From an uncultured Acidimicrobiia bacterium (GTDB lineage: Bacteria > Actinomycetota > Acidimicrobiia > IMCC26256 > JAENVU01): a stretch of 64,000 nucleotides of DNA. Positions 40,368 to 50,624 of the stretch are shown piece after piece; position 1 is the first letter of the stretch, and every line of letters begins with the position of its first letter. The stretch lies in NCBI GenBank assembly GCA_963801105.1, contig CAWDDH010000003.1, positions 3,642,056-3,706,055 of the forward strand. Direction: 5' to 3'. The translations under genes and the position numbers were made by a program. The notes beneath the pieces are model-generated. The model was given only the letters and a program-made list of their open reading frames with translations, was not told the origin of the DNA and did not search any database.

Positions 40368-40429
40368 GCCCGAAGGGTATTCGCCACCGTCACCTACTCC
40401 CTGGGACTCCCGCCAATAGTCTCCCGACG

Positions 40430-41653
40430 ATGCGGCAACGGTGGTGGAGTGGCAATTTCCTCCGCCTGTGGACCGCCGGCGCGGTCTCCAACCTGGGCGA
40501 CGGCGTGGTCCTCGCGGCGCTGCCGTTGCTCGCGGCCTCGCTCACCGCCTCGCCGCTGAAGGTCTCCCTCGTCTCCACGGCCGCGACGCTGCCCTGGCTG
40601 CTGTTCTCACTCGTGGGCGGCGCCATCGCGGACCGCACGGACCGGCGCCGCACGATGGCGGTGGTCGACACGTTCCGGGGCGTCGCGATCGCGCTCCTCG
40701 GCTTCGCGATCGTCACCGACACCGAGTCGATCCCCTTGCTCGTCATCGTGGCGTTCTCCCTCGGCATGGCCGAGACCGTGTTCGACAACGCCTCGCAGGC
40801 GATCCTTCCGAGCGTCGTCGAGGACCGGCACCTCGAAGGCGCCAACGGCGCGCTCGAAGGTGCCCAGATCACCGCGAACCAGTTCGTCGGACCACCGCTC
40901 GGCGCCTGGCTGTTCGGCCTGGCCCTGTCGGCGCCGTTCTTCCTCGACGCGGCATCGTTCGCGATCGCAGCCCTGCTCGTCCTGACCGTGCGCGGGTCGT
41001 TCCGTCCCGCCCGCGACCTGACCAAGACGTCGATCCGCGCCGACATCAGCGAAGGCGTGCGCTGGCTGCTGCGTCACCGCGTCCTGCGCACGCTCGGAAT
41101 CGCGCTCGGCGTCATGAACCTCATCGGCATGGCGTGGATGAGCGTGCTCGTGCTCTACTCACGCGAGCTCCTCCACCTGAGCGACTTCGAGTACGGGCTG
41201 CTGCTGACGACCGAGGCGGCCGGTGCGGTGCTCGGCTCGACGTTCGCGTCACGGATCGGGCGTCGCGTGGGTTCGGGAACCACGCTCGGGCTCGCGATCG
41301 GCGTCGCCAGCGCGTCGATGCTCGTTCCGGGCCTGTGGGCCCAGCCGATCGTGGTGGCGCTGTCGCTCGCGGTCGGCGGGTTCGCCGGGCTCGTGTGGAA
41401 CGTGTTGACGATCTCGCTCCGCCAGTCGCTCGTCCCGGATGCCCTCCTCGGCCGGGTCAACAGCGGCTACCGGCTCCTGGGTTGGGGAACGATGCCGATC
41501 GGAGCGCTCGCGGGTGGCCTCGTCGCCCAGGTGTTCGGCCTGCGAGCCCCGTTCCTGGTGTCGGGTGTCTGCGGCCTCGCGCTCGCCCTCTGGATCACCG
41601 TGCGCGTGACCGACCGGTCGATCGCCCGGGCCCGCCGCCGCGCCGCTGCCTGA
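40430..41653 (+). CDS. MFS transporter (DHA3/EntS-like)
   Basis: FLRLWTAGAVSNLGDG, GAIADRTDRRR, FVGPPLG, LRQSLVPDALLGRVN. Confidence 0.93.
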   Translation: MRQRWWSGNFLRLWTAGAVSNLGDGVVLAALPLLAASLTASPLKVSLVSTAATLPWLLFSLVGGAIADRTDRRRTMAVVDTFRGVAIALLGFAIVTDTESIPLLVIVAFSLGMAETVFDNASQAILPSVVEDRHLEGANGALEGAQITANQFVGPPLGAWLFGLALSAPFFLDAASFAIAALLVLTVRGSFRPARDLTKTSIRADISEGVRWLLRHRVLRTLGIALGVMNLIGMAWMSVLVLYSRELLHLSDFEYGLLLTTEAAGAVLGSTFASRIGRRVGSGTTLGLAIGVASASMLVPGLWAQPIVVALSLAVGGFAGLVWNVLTISLRQSLVPDALLGRVNSGYRLLGWGTMPIGALAGGLVAQVFGLRAPFLVSGVCGLALALWITVRVTDRSIARARRRAAA

Positions 41654-41707
41654 GGGCCGGTCGCCGCACGCCCCCGAATCGGCGCCGGCACACCGGCGGG
41701 ACCGGCA

Positions 41708-42895
41708 TCAGTCGGGGACGAGGGAATCGGCGATCCGCGCCAGACCGGCGAGGTCGGCGATCTCGTCGGCGAAGGTCCGCACGTCGACGACGATGTCGGG
41801 CCGGTGCTCGAGCTCGGTACGCAGCTCCGCCTCCCGTCGCGCCACGACCGCGAAATTCTCGAACGACGTCCCGATCGTGATCAGCACTCGCGCCGCCGTG
41901 CCGCGGTCCTCGATGCCCTCCACCTCGGCGGCGATCCGCGCGCCGTCCCGGCGCAGCACCGCGGCGGCGTGGGCGCCGTCGTCGCCGAAGAGCTCGACCG
42001 GCAGCGTCTTGTTGAGGATCAACGCCCCGAGGTGGAACTCGCGCTTGACGAGCTCGGAGCAGAACCGCTGGCCCTCGCGGAACGGCGCGTCCTCCAGCGT
42101 GGTCACGACCGCGAACGTCGTCCGGCGGTCGTGCAGCAGCTCCTCGACCGCTCGGGATCGCTTCACGAAACCGTCGTACATCGACTGGAAGTTCAGGAAG
42201 AACTCGGCGATGTCCTGGAGGAACTGGCTGCCGAGCAGACGGTCGGCGACCTGGTAGAAGGGCTTGCTCGCCATGGTCAGGAAGCGCGCGCCGCGTTTGC
42301 CGCCGACGCGGTAGGGCGCAGTCAGCCAGCGCAGCAACCGCCCGCCGAAGAACTCGGCCATGCGCGCGGGCGCGTCGAGGAAGTCGAGCGCATTCCGGGT
42401 CGGGGGGGTGTCGACGACGATCAGGTCGTACTTTCCCGTCTGGTGGATCTCGAAGAGCCGCTCCATTGCGACGTAGTCGTGGCTCTGGACGAAGCGCGAG
42501 GTGAGGTTGTCGTAGAGGCGGTTGTCGAGGATGCGGTACGCCGTCTCCTCGTCGGGGGCATGGCGCAGCACCAGCGCGTCCCAGCTCTGCTTGGTGTCGA
42601 GCATCGCCGCCCAGAGCTCCCCGCGGGGCGTGAGGCCGGCCTCGGCGAAGGCCTGCTCGGGCACCCGCACCTCGACGTTGCCGATCCCCTCCACACCGAG
42701 CGCGTCGGCCAGCCGCTTGGCGGGGTCCACCGTCACCACGAGGACCTTCCCGCCGAAGCGCGTGGCCGCCGCCAGCCCCGCCGCGGCCGCGATCGACGTC
42801 TTGCCCACGCCCCCCGAGCCGCAGAACACGACGATCTCCTTGGACGCCAGCACCGACTCGAGGCTGTGTACGTTCGCGAGGGCGGCGTCGCTCAC
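41708..42895 (-). CDS. ArsA/Get3-like ATPase (Rv3680-like)
   Basis: CGSGGVGKT, TVDPAKRLADALG, VVDTPPTRNALDFLDAP; GTGA overlap with partner gene. Confidence 0.92.
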   Translation of the reverse strand: MSDAALANVHSLESVLASKEIVVFCGSGGVGKTSIAAAAGLAAATRFGGKVLVVTVDPAKRLADALGVEGIGNVEVRVPEQAFAEAGLTPRGELWAAMLDTKQSWDALVLRHAPDEETAYRILDNRLYDNLTSRFVQSHDYVAMERLFEIHQTGKYDLIVVDTPPTRNALDFLDAPARMAEFFGGRLLRWLTAPYRVGGKRGARFLTMASKPFYQVADRLLGSQFLQDIAEFFLNFQSMYDGFVKRSRAVEELLHDRRTTFAVVTTLEDAPFREGQRFCSELVKREFHLGALILNKTLPVELFGDDGAHAAAVLRRDGARIAAEVEGIEDRGTAARVLITIGTSFENFAVVARREAELRTELEHRPDIVVDVRTFADEIADLAGLARIADSLVPD

Positions 42896-43854
42896 AGGCC
42901 CAGCTCCGCGGTCAACGCGTCGGCGACGAGCTCGGTCTCCCGCCGGCCCTGCGAGCGCGCGAACAGGTACGGGACGTAGAGCGTGGGCAGGTCCACGGTG
43001 TCCCTGAGCTCGCGGAGATGCTCGACGCGGCTCCGGCGCATCATGACCGCGAGCCGCGCCGCCTCGACGACGGCTGAAGTTCCCGGGCCGGCCCGCTCGG
43101 CGACCCGGTCGAGCAGGGGCGGCGTCGCGAGCTGCTCGAAGACCGCCTCGTCCCGCGTGGTGAACAGCTCCGGCAGGACGCGGTTGACGATCACCGCGCC
43201 GAGCGGGACGTCGAGCTCCTGGCGGGCGCGGGCGACGAGGTCGATCGTCTCCTGCACCGGCATCTCCTCCGGGGTCGTGACGACATTGAGCGCGGTGATC
43301 GCCGGATCCGAGAGCAGCTCGCTCATCCATGCGGTCTGACCGCGGACCGGCCCGACCGCCACGAGATCCCGGATCGCGTCCGCCGCGCCGAGCTGCGCGA
43401 TGACGTGACCGGTCGCGGCGGCGTCGACGACGACGACGTCCCAGTCGGCGCGGCCCTCGATCGACTCCCGCACTTCCCAGCACACCTTGCCGATCGTGAG
43501 GATCTCCTTCACGCCGGGCGCGGCCGTCGCGACGAAGTCGAGCATCCCGGCGAGCGGGCCGAGCCGACCGAGGATCGGGATTCGCAGGTTCAGGCGCAGG
43601 TACTCGGCGAGGCTGGCCTCGGTGTCCATGGCCATGACCGACACGCCGGGCATGACCTCACGCGGCTTGAACCCGATCGTCCCCGCCTCGAAGCGCTCGG
43701 CGATCGTGCCCTTCGCGTCGACGTCGACGACGAGGACCCGCTTGCCCTGCCGGGCCGCCACGAGCGCGAGCGCGGCGGCCACGGTGCTCTTCCCCACGCC
43801 GCCTTTGCCGGTGACGACGAGGAGGCGCCGCCCGAGGAGGTCGGGCTCGGCCAT
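42892..43854 (-). CDS. ArsA/Get3-like ATPase (Rv3679-like)
   Basis: VTGKGGVGKST, APGVKEILTIGKV, VDAAATGH, PEEMPVQET. Confidence 0.92.
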   Translation of the reverse strand: MAEPDLLGRRLLVVTGKGGVGKSTVAAALALVAARQGKRVLVVDVDAKGTIAERFEAGTIGFKPREVMPGVSVMAMDTEASLAEYLRLNLRIPILGRLGPLAGMLDFVATAAPGVKEILTIGKVCWEVRESIEGRADWDVVVVDAAATGHVIAQLGAADAIRDLVAVGPVRGQTAWMSELLSDPAITALNVVTTPEEMPVQETIDLVARARQELDVPLGAVIVNRVLPELFTTRDEAVFEQLATPPLLDRVAERAGPGTSAVVEAARLAVMMRRSRVEHLRELRDTVDLPTLYVPYLFARSQGRRETELVADALTAELGL

Positions 43855-43867
43855 GGCTGCTCCGGGC

Positions 43868-44095
43868 CTAGCGCCCGAACCCGACCTTGCGGGTGCCGTC
43901 GTCAATGGTCAGCTCGACGTAGGCGATCTTGTCGGTCGGGATGCCCACCTTCCGGCCCTTGCCGTCCTCGAACCAGACGAACGCGGAGTCCGAACCGACG
44001 CCCGCCTCGATCACGCCGATGATCTTCGCCGGGTCGTCGTCGACCTCGATCGAGATCTCCTTGGGCGTGTGCACGACACCGATGTGGATTTCCAT
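43868..44095 (-). CDS. DUF3107 family protein
   Basis: MEIHIGVVHTPKEISIE..FEDGKGRKVGIP..IAYVE..RKVGFG matches the recalled DUF3107 pattern. Confidence 0.88.
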   Translation of the reverse strand: MEIHIGVVHTPKEISIEVDDDPAKIIGVIEAGVGSDSAFVWFEDGKGRKVGIPTDKIAYVELTIDDGTRKVGFGR

Positions 44096-44174
44096 GCCTG
44101 GGGGGCCTCCGGAATGGGCGAACGCGAAGCGCCGCCGATCGTAGGCGAGTCGGGCGCGAGGGTCCGGCTCGGAG

Positions 44175-47100
44175 TCAGTGGGCGCCGGTGTTGGCGAGGT
44201 CGCGTCCGAAGCGCGGCCACTGGTGGACCCGGCCCGCCGCGGTCGGCGTGTGCCACACGATGAGCACGCCGTCTCGGCGCACGACCGCGAGCTCGAGCCG
44301 GCCGTCCCCGTCCCAGTCCCCGAGGCTCGGTGTCCCCACGAGCCAGCCGCCGGTGAGCTTCGGCCATCCGGCCGGAACGGTCCCGTTCGGCGTCACCGCG
44401 CTGAGCGTGTACACACCGTTGCCGGCGATCACCTCCGTGCGCCCGTCGCCGTTGACGTCCGCGATCGCCGGCGTCACGAAGAAGGCGAGGTCCGGGGTCT
44501 CGCGCGGGTACGCCGGACGCATCGCGCCGGTCGCGCCGTCCCAGGCCGCGAGCAGGTCATCGGACGGCAGCTGCAGTTCGGGCGACGCCGTGTCGAACAG
44601 GCGGGAGAGCCCCGACACCGGCGCCGCGACGTCCATCCGCCTTCGGCTGCCCAGCTTGCCGACGCTCGGACCGCCGAAGGCGCTCAGGATCACGCCGACG
44701 TCGTCGGAGTTGCGCAGCGCGCCGGTCCCGGTCGGGTCGTTCGCGAAGAGCCCGCCGTACCAGTGGAGCGGGACATCCTTGCCGCCGACCTGGCCCAGCG
44801 CCGACTTCCCGTCGAGACCGAGGACGTAGATCGGGCCGACCGCGGACGTGGCGACGATCTCGCGGCCGGGATGCGTCGGGACGACGTCGCCGATCGCGGC
44901 CTGGGCCGCGACACCGTCGCCGATCACCGGGAGGACCTCGCGCTGGAACATGCCGAGCTTCACCGGCCACCCCGGCAGGTAGGCCTGCGCGTCCGGGTGC
45001 GCGGGATTCGGGTTCGGGTTCGTCGCCAGCGTTCCGCGCGGCGAGATCACGTACTCACGCGAGTTGCCCGATGTCCCCGGCAGGCCGCCGAACTCGGGCG
45101 CGTTGAAGGGCTCGTCGTACTCCTCCTGCGCGCCGACGACGATCTCGGCGCGTCCATCGCCGTCGAGGTCGGCCAGCGCCGGGGTGGCGACGAGCTCCCC
45201 GCCGTCGCCGACCCCGGCGTCGGGGCGGAAGACGACATGGTGGGTGACGGGGTCCACGCTCGCGACCTTGGCGGGATCGACGACCAGGACCGGGAAACCC
45301 GCGACCGGCGAGCCGTCACCGTGCCAGGCGTACACGTGGCGGTCCATCGCCGCGCCGACGAGCTCGACGCGACCGTCGCCGTCGAGGTCGGCCGCGGCGA
45401 GCGAGTTCGCGAAGCCCGGCTTCGTGCGGTTGACGTGATCCTGCGCCGACGGATCGTCACGCGAGAAGTCCGGGTTCGTCTGCGCGTCGCGCGAAGCCCG
45501 GCAGCTCGTGGCCCCACCGGTTCCATGCGTCGACCCGGCCTTCGAGATCCGCGACGGCGATGTCGGGCGAGCCGTCGCCGTCGAGGTCCGCGATCGTGGG
45601 CGCGCCGACCATGACCGCACCCCCGGGGCCCGTGATGCCTGCGTACGCCGCGGCCCAGGAGCGGATCCAGTACGGCGCCGGACGGGTGTGCACCGGGAAA
45701 CCGGGCAGCTCCCGACCGTCGGCGCGTCGCACGTGCACGGCCCCATCGTCGGTGGCGACGACGAGCTCCTGCCCGCCGCCCGGCTCGAGATCCGCGAACA
45801 CCGGCGACGCGGTGCCCGCCCCCGCGATCCGCTGGGGCATCCCGCGCACGAGATCGGGGTCGTCGTGCACGAACAGCTGCTTCTGGGACTCACCCCGGAG
45901 CCCTCGGGTGGGACCGTCCTCCGCGGTGACCACGACCCGGACGCGGACGCTGAAGCGCTCCTCATCGGTGCGGCCCGTCGTGGCGTCGGCCGGTGATCCC
46001 GTCGCCCCGGCGAGGGCCGCCGCGACCTCGCGTCGGTGCAGGGTGGCGAGCCGGCCGTCGACGGCATGGTGGCGACGGCGCTCGGATTCGATCACGTGCC
46101 AGGTGTCGGCGGCGGGATACGGGGGCGGCTGGAAGCCCGCCGCCCACTCCACCCGGTACGAGTAGCGGTGCGCCCGCGGTGCCGCGACGTGACCGGTGAT
46201 CGCGACCGAACCGGAGGTGGGCAGCACGTCGAACCACCGTGGGCCCGTCAGGTCGGCCTCGGGCGGGATCCGCGCGTCGCGGACCGCCTTGACCAGCTCG
46301 TACGCGTTGAGCCGGCCGTAGCCGTGGGTCGCGTCCCACCCGGCACGGCTCGGATAGCGCACGGTGCTCCCCGTGAGGAAGTCGTTGGCGGGATCGACCG
46401 CGTTCGGAGTTCCGAAGTCGATGTCGTCCGCCGAGGCCCGGGCGAGCTGGAGGATCTCGTTCGCCGTGAGCGTGATGCCGCGGTCACGCGCCTCGCTGAT
46501 CACCAGCCCGGCGACACCGCTCATGACCCCGGCGGCCTCCGACGAGCACGACGACGACGGAACGGAGAGGAACGTGCGCCCGCCGTAGTTGGTGCAGCCG
46601 TTGAGCGCGAGGTAGCTCGGCGGCGAGCTCGTGGTCGTGACCGAGTTGACCGCGAGCGTGTGCTCGAGCGCGCCGGGGAGGTTCGGGTGCTTGGAGGCCT
46701 CGTCGGCCATGGAGGCGATGACGGGGATGCCCCGCGCGTACGCGGCATCGATCGCCTGCTGGGCCTGGGGCGGGTTCGTGATCGCACCGAGAGCTTCCTG
46801 GATGACCGCCGCACCCGAGTCGATCCCGAAGAGCGTCCCCGCCGCGAACCGCCCACCGTCGGCGATGAACGAGTCGCCGACGCGGACGGGGATGAACGTG
46901 CACCGCGGGCAGGTCCCCACGCCCCCGGTTCCGTTGTCGGCGGCGGTGGAGTCCTCGGCTTCCCCGGTGCCGTGGCCGTACTGCACGGTGTCGAGGGGGT
47001 CGTTGTCGCCGAAGAGGAAGTCCCACCCCGAGATGTCGTCCACGTACCCGTCGTGGTCGTCGTCGATGCCGTTGTTCCATCGCGGGTCGAGGATCAGGTC

Positions 47101-47604
47101 CTCGGGATCGGCGACGCCGTTGCCGTTGCGGTCGGCGATCGCGCCAAAGTCCGCGATCGAGAACCGGCCGTCGCCGTTGCAGTCGCCGCTCCGGATCGCG
47201 CACGGGGGCGTGACCTCACCGCGGTTGAGGTAGGCGCGATCGGCGAGGTCGGCCATGGCTCCCGCGTCGCGCCACTTGATGCCGGAGTCGAGCACCGCGA
47301 TGCGCACGTCCGGACGACCGCGCGTCACACCCCAGGCCAGGTCGACCGCCGCGCCCTTCTGCCCGCAAAGATGGTGCGGCGAGGTCGCGAGGGCCGGGTC
47401 CCGCAGGCTGGTGCGCTTGAAGTTGGTGCGGTCGAACTCGGCCGGGAGGCTCGCGGGCTCGTCGGCCGGTCCGTAGCGCCAGTTGGCGCAGTCGAGCGCG
47501 TGGACCACCGGCGGTGGGGTCCCGTGGTGCGCGCCCGCCGCGGGCACCAGGCCGCCGAGACCGGTCAGCGCCACCACCACCCCTGCGATCGCAAGTCTCC
47601 GCAC
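44175..47604 (-). CDS. Secreted S8 peptidase-like protein with C-terminal FG-GAP repeats (frameshift near 45488)
   Basis: Signal peptide; IAVLDSGI, GHGTG, SCSSEAAGVMSGVAGL, GYGRLNA; Ca-loop motifs DCNGDG, DRNGNG, DDDHDGYVDD; repeated ADLDGDG/GDWDGDG with GFP/GWP. Confidence 0.87.
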
Positions 47605-47694
47605 CGGCCCCCCTGAACTGCGCGAAACGCCCGAGGTTAGGGCAGCGGCGCGTTGCAGTGCGAGGACGGCCCGCGCGGCGCGCCGGCGGGTCGG

Positions 47695-48562
47695 TCAGCC
47701 GATCGTGAGCTCGGAGCGGTAGATGCGGCGCGGCGTGATGGCGTCGATCTGGGTGGCGATCGAGACGAACGCGGCCGCGGCCTCCGAGTCGGGATCGGTG
47801 ACCACGATCGGTGCGCCGGTGTCGCCGCCCTCGCGCAGCGCCTGGACGAGCGGGACCTTGGCGAAGAGCGGGACCTCGAGCCGGTCGGCGAGCTCCTGAC
47901 CCCCGTCGGCACCGAAGATCTCGTACGCGACGCCGTCATCGCCGCGGAACCAGCTCATGTTCTCCACCACGCCGATCACGTCGAGCTCGACCTTCTGCGC
48001 CATCGCGGCCGCGCGCTGGGCGACCGCCTGGGCGGCGCGGCTGGGGCGTCGTCACGATCACGACCTCGGCACGCGGCAGGAACTGGCTCATCGAGAGCGA
48101 GACGTCGCCGGTCCCCGGCGGCATGTCGATGACGAGGTAGTCGGGCTCGCCCCACGCGACGTCGGTGAGGAACTGCTCGAGCGCCTTGTGGAGCATCGGG
48201 CCCCGCCAGATGACGGCCTGGTCCTCGGGGACGAAGAAGCCCATCGACAGCAGGCGGACACCGTGGGCCGACGGCGGGATCATCAGGTTGTCGTCGGTGA
48301 GCTCGGGACCGTTCTCGACGCCGAGCATCCGCGGCATCGAGAAGCCCCACACGTCGGCGTCGATCGCGGCGACGTCCTTGCCCATGCGGGCCAGCGCGAC
48401 CGCCAGGTTGGTCGTGACCGAGGACTTCCCGACACCCCCCTTGCCCGACGCCACCGCGATCACACGGGTGCGGGCGTGCGAGAACGGGTTCGTACCGGGC
48501 ACGGGCGTCTCCTCGGATCGGGGGTCACCCCGGGGGCGGGGCGACATTTCCACTACGGACAT
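47695..48562 (-). CDS. mrp: Mrp/NBP35 (ApbC) family ATPase (frameshift near 48038)
   Basis: ASGKGGVGKSS, DADVWGFS, WRGPMLHKAL, DMPPGTGD, VTTPQ then GVVENMSW..IFG..GG. Confidence 0.93.
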
Positions 48563-48579
48563 AGGTAGAATACCCGTCC

Positions 48580-49299
48580 ATGCCGACCACGCCTCCGCTC
48601 GACGCCGACGAGTTCAGTGCGGCGGTCACCGCGGTCACCAGCGCCTTCGGGGATCCGACCCGGCGGGAGATCTATCTGCTCATCCGCGAAGCGCCCGACG
48701 GCGTCACCGCGGGTGAGGTCGCCGAGCACTTCGACCTGCACCCCAACGTCGCCCGCCACCATCTCGAGAAGCTCAGCTCCGGCGGCTACCTCGTGGTCGG
48801 CGTCGGCCGCAGCGACGGCGCGCGCGCCGCGGGCCGGCCGTCCAAGCGCTACCGCGTGTCCGAGCTCGACCATGCGCTGAACTTCCCGCCCCGGCGCGAC
48901 GACCTGCTCGGCACGCTGCTCGCCCGCGCGCTCCAGATGCTGCCGCCCGATCAGGCCGAGCCCCTCGCCGAGGAGGTGGGCTTCGACTACGGCCGCAGCC
49001 TCGCGACGCGCATGGCCCCGTCGGAGGGGCAACGCTCCGTGAAGGCCGCGCTCGCCTCCGTCGCCGACGCGCTCACCGCGCACGGGTTCGCCGCGCACGC
49101 CGAGTCGCGCGGCGAGGTCCTCACCATCGTGAACGACCACTGTCCCTTCGGCGACGCGGCGCGCCAGTTCCCCCACGTCGTCTGCGCGGTGGACCGCGGG
49201 ATGATCCGCGGGCTCATGGCCGGGCTCTACGGCGATACGGATCCGCGCTTCGAGTCGAGCCGCCCCGACGGCGACGACCACTGTGTCGCCCGCGTGTGA
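48580..49299 (+). CDS. SufR-like HTH transcriptional regulator with C-terminal Cys motif
   Basis: FGDPTRREIY..HPNVARHHLEKL..GRPSKRY; HCPF..VVCAVD..DDHC (3 Cys); divergent from mrp, upstream of iscS. Confidence 0.85.
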   Translation: MPTTPPLDADEFSAAVTAVTSAFGDPTRREIYLLIREAPDGVTAGEVAEHFDLHPNVARHHLEKLSSGGYLVVGVGRSDGARAAGRPSKRYRVSELDHALNFPPRRDDLLGTLLARALQMLPPDQAEPLAEEVGFDYGRSLATRMAPSEGQRSVKAALASVADALTAHGFAAHAESRGEVLTIVNDHCPFGDAARQFPHVVCAVDRGMIRGLMAGLYGDTDPRFESSRPDGDDHCVARV

Positions 49300-49491
49300 C
49301 GTGAGCGAGGCGTCGACCCCGGCCCAGCACCAGCAGACCCCGCCGAGCGGGGCCCGAACGGCCCGGCCCCCAGGGCCGAGAGTGGAAATGACGTGAGCGA
49401 GGCGTCGACCCCGGCCCAGCACCAGCGGACCCCGCCGAGCGGGGCCCGAACGGCCCGGCCCCCAGGGCCGAGAGTGGAAATGACGTGAGCG
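49297..49491 (+). repeat. 92-bp direct tandem repeat (2 copies + 11 bp), MIRU-like
   Basis: Units start at 49297, 49389 and 49481 with TGACGTGAGCG; the two full copies differ at one base (CAGCAGACC vs CAGCGGACC); each encodes a 31-aa ORF (49301-49396, 49393-49488). Confidence 0.95.
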
Positions 49492-50624
49492 GGCGGAGCT
49501 ACCTCGACCACGCGTCCAGCGCACCCCTCCGACCCTCGGCGCTCGAGGCGATGGTGCCGTACCTGCGCGACCACCACGCCGACCCCGGTCGCGTCCACTC
49601 CGACGGTCTGATCACCCGGGTCGCGATCGAAGATGCCCGCGAGCAGGTGGCGGCGTTCGTGGGGGCACGCGCGCGCGAGGTCGTGTTCACGAGCGGCGGC
49701 ACGGAGGCGGTCGACACCGCGATCTTCGGCGCGTGCCGGGGGATCGAAGGCGCCGACCGCATCGTGACCACCCGCGTCGAGCACTCGAGCGTGCTCGACG
49801 CGTGCCGGCGCGAGCCCCTCGCGACCGTGGCCGTCGGCGTGGACCGCCAGGGTCGCTTCGACGCGACCGCCGTGCTCGACGAGATCACGCCGACGACCGC
49901 CGTCGTCTCGGTGCAACTCGCGAACCACGAGGTCGGCACGCTGCAACCCGTGGCGGAGATCTGCGCCGGAGCCCGCGCCCGGGGCACGCTCGTCCACGTC
50001 GACGCGTGCGCCGCGGCGGGCTACCACCCGGTCGACTTCGCGGGTCTCGGCGCCGACCTGCTGAGCGTCACCGCGCACACCTGGGGCGGCCCGAAGGGCA
50101 CCGGTGCCCTCGTCGTCCGCCGCGGCCTGCGCCTGCCGCCCTTCGTCGTCGGCGGTGCGCAGGAGCGAGCCCGGCGCGCGGGGATCGAGAACGTGCCCGC
50201 GATCGTCGGCTTCGGTGCCGCCGCGGCGGAGACCGGGCCGGCCCTGGCTGCCGAGTCGGCGCGTCTCGCGGCCCTGACGGCCCGGCTGCGTCGGGACCTC
50301 GAGCACTCCGTGTCCGGTCTGGACTTCCACGGCCCGGAAGCCCCCGACGGCCGGCTCCCGAACCTGCTGTGCTTCGGCGTCCGGGGCGTCGAGGCCGAGC
50401 CGGTGCTGCTCGCGCTCGACCAGCACGGGGTCGCCGTCCATTCCGGCTCCGCCTGCTCGTCCGAGTCGCTCGAGCCGTCGCCCGTGCTCGAGGCAATGCG
50501 CGCCGACGCCGACCACGCACTGCGAATGTCGGTCGGCTGGTCGAGCACCGACCGCGACATCGACCGGGTGCTCGACGCGCTGCCCGGAATCATCGAGCGG
50601 TTCCGCGGGTTGCGCAGCGCATGA
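49485..50624 (+). CDS. iscS: Cysteine desulfurase family protein (IscS/NifS type I) lacking the canonical PLP Lys
   Basis: YLDHAS, FTSGGTEA, EHSSV, ANHEVGTLQP, TAHTWGGPKG, RAGIEN, HSGSACSS, LRMSVG. Confidence 0.88.
   Translation: MSGRSYLDHASSAPLRPSALEAMVPYLRDHHADPGRVHSDGLITRVAIEDAREQVAAFVGARAREVVFTSGGTEAVDTAIFGACRGIEGADRIVTTRVEHSSVLDACRREPLATVAVGVDRQGRFDATAVLDEITPTTAVVSVQLANHEVGTLQPVAEICAGARARGTLVHVDACAAAGYHPVDFAGLGADLLSVTAHTWGGPKGTGALVVRRGLRLPPFVVGGAQERARRAGIENVPAIVGFGAAAAETGPALAAESARLAALTARLRRDLEHSVSGLDFHGPEAPDGRLPNLLCFGVRGVEAEPVLLALDQHGVAVHSGSACSSESLEPSPVLEAMRADADHALRMSVGWSSTDRDIDRVLDALPGIIERFRGLRSA

Noticed and set aside
41708-43854. Arsenic-resistance pump ATPases linked to the radical SAM
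   Set aside because: They match the widespread actinobacterial Rv3679/Rv3680-type pair; no arsB/acr3/arsC/arsD nearby.
49297-49491. CRISPR array
   Set aside because: The intervening segments are near-identical rather than unique spacers, the constant part is only 11 bp, and no cas genes are present.
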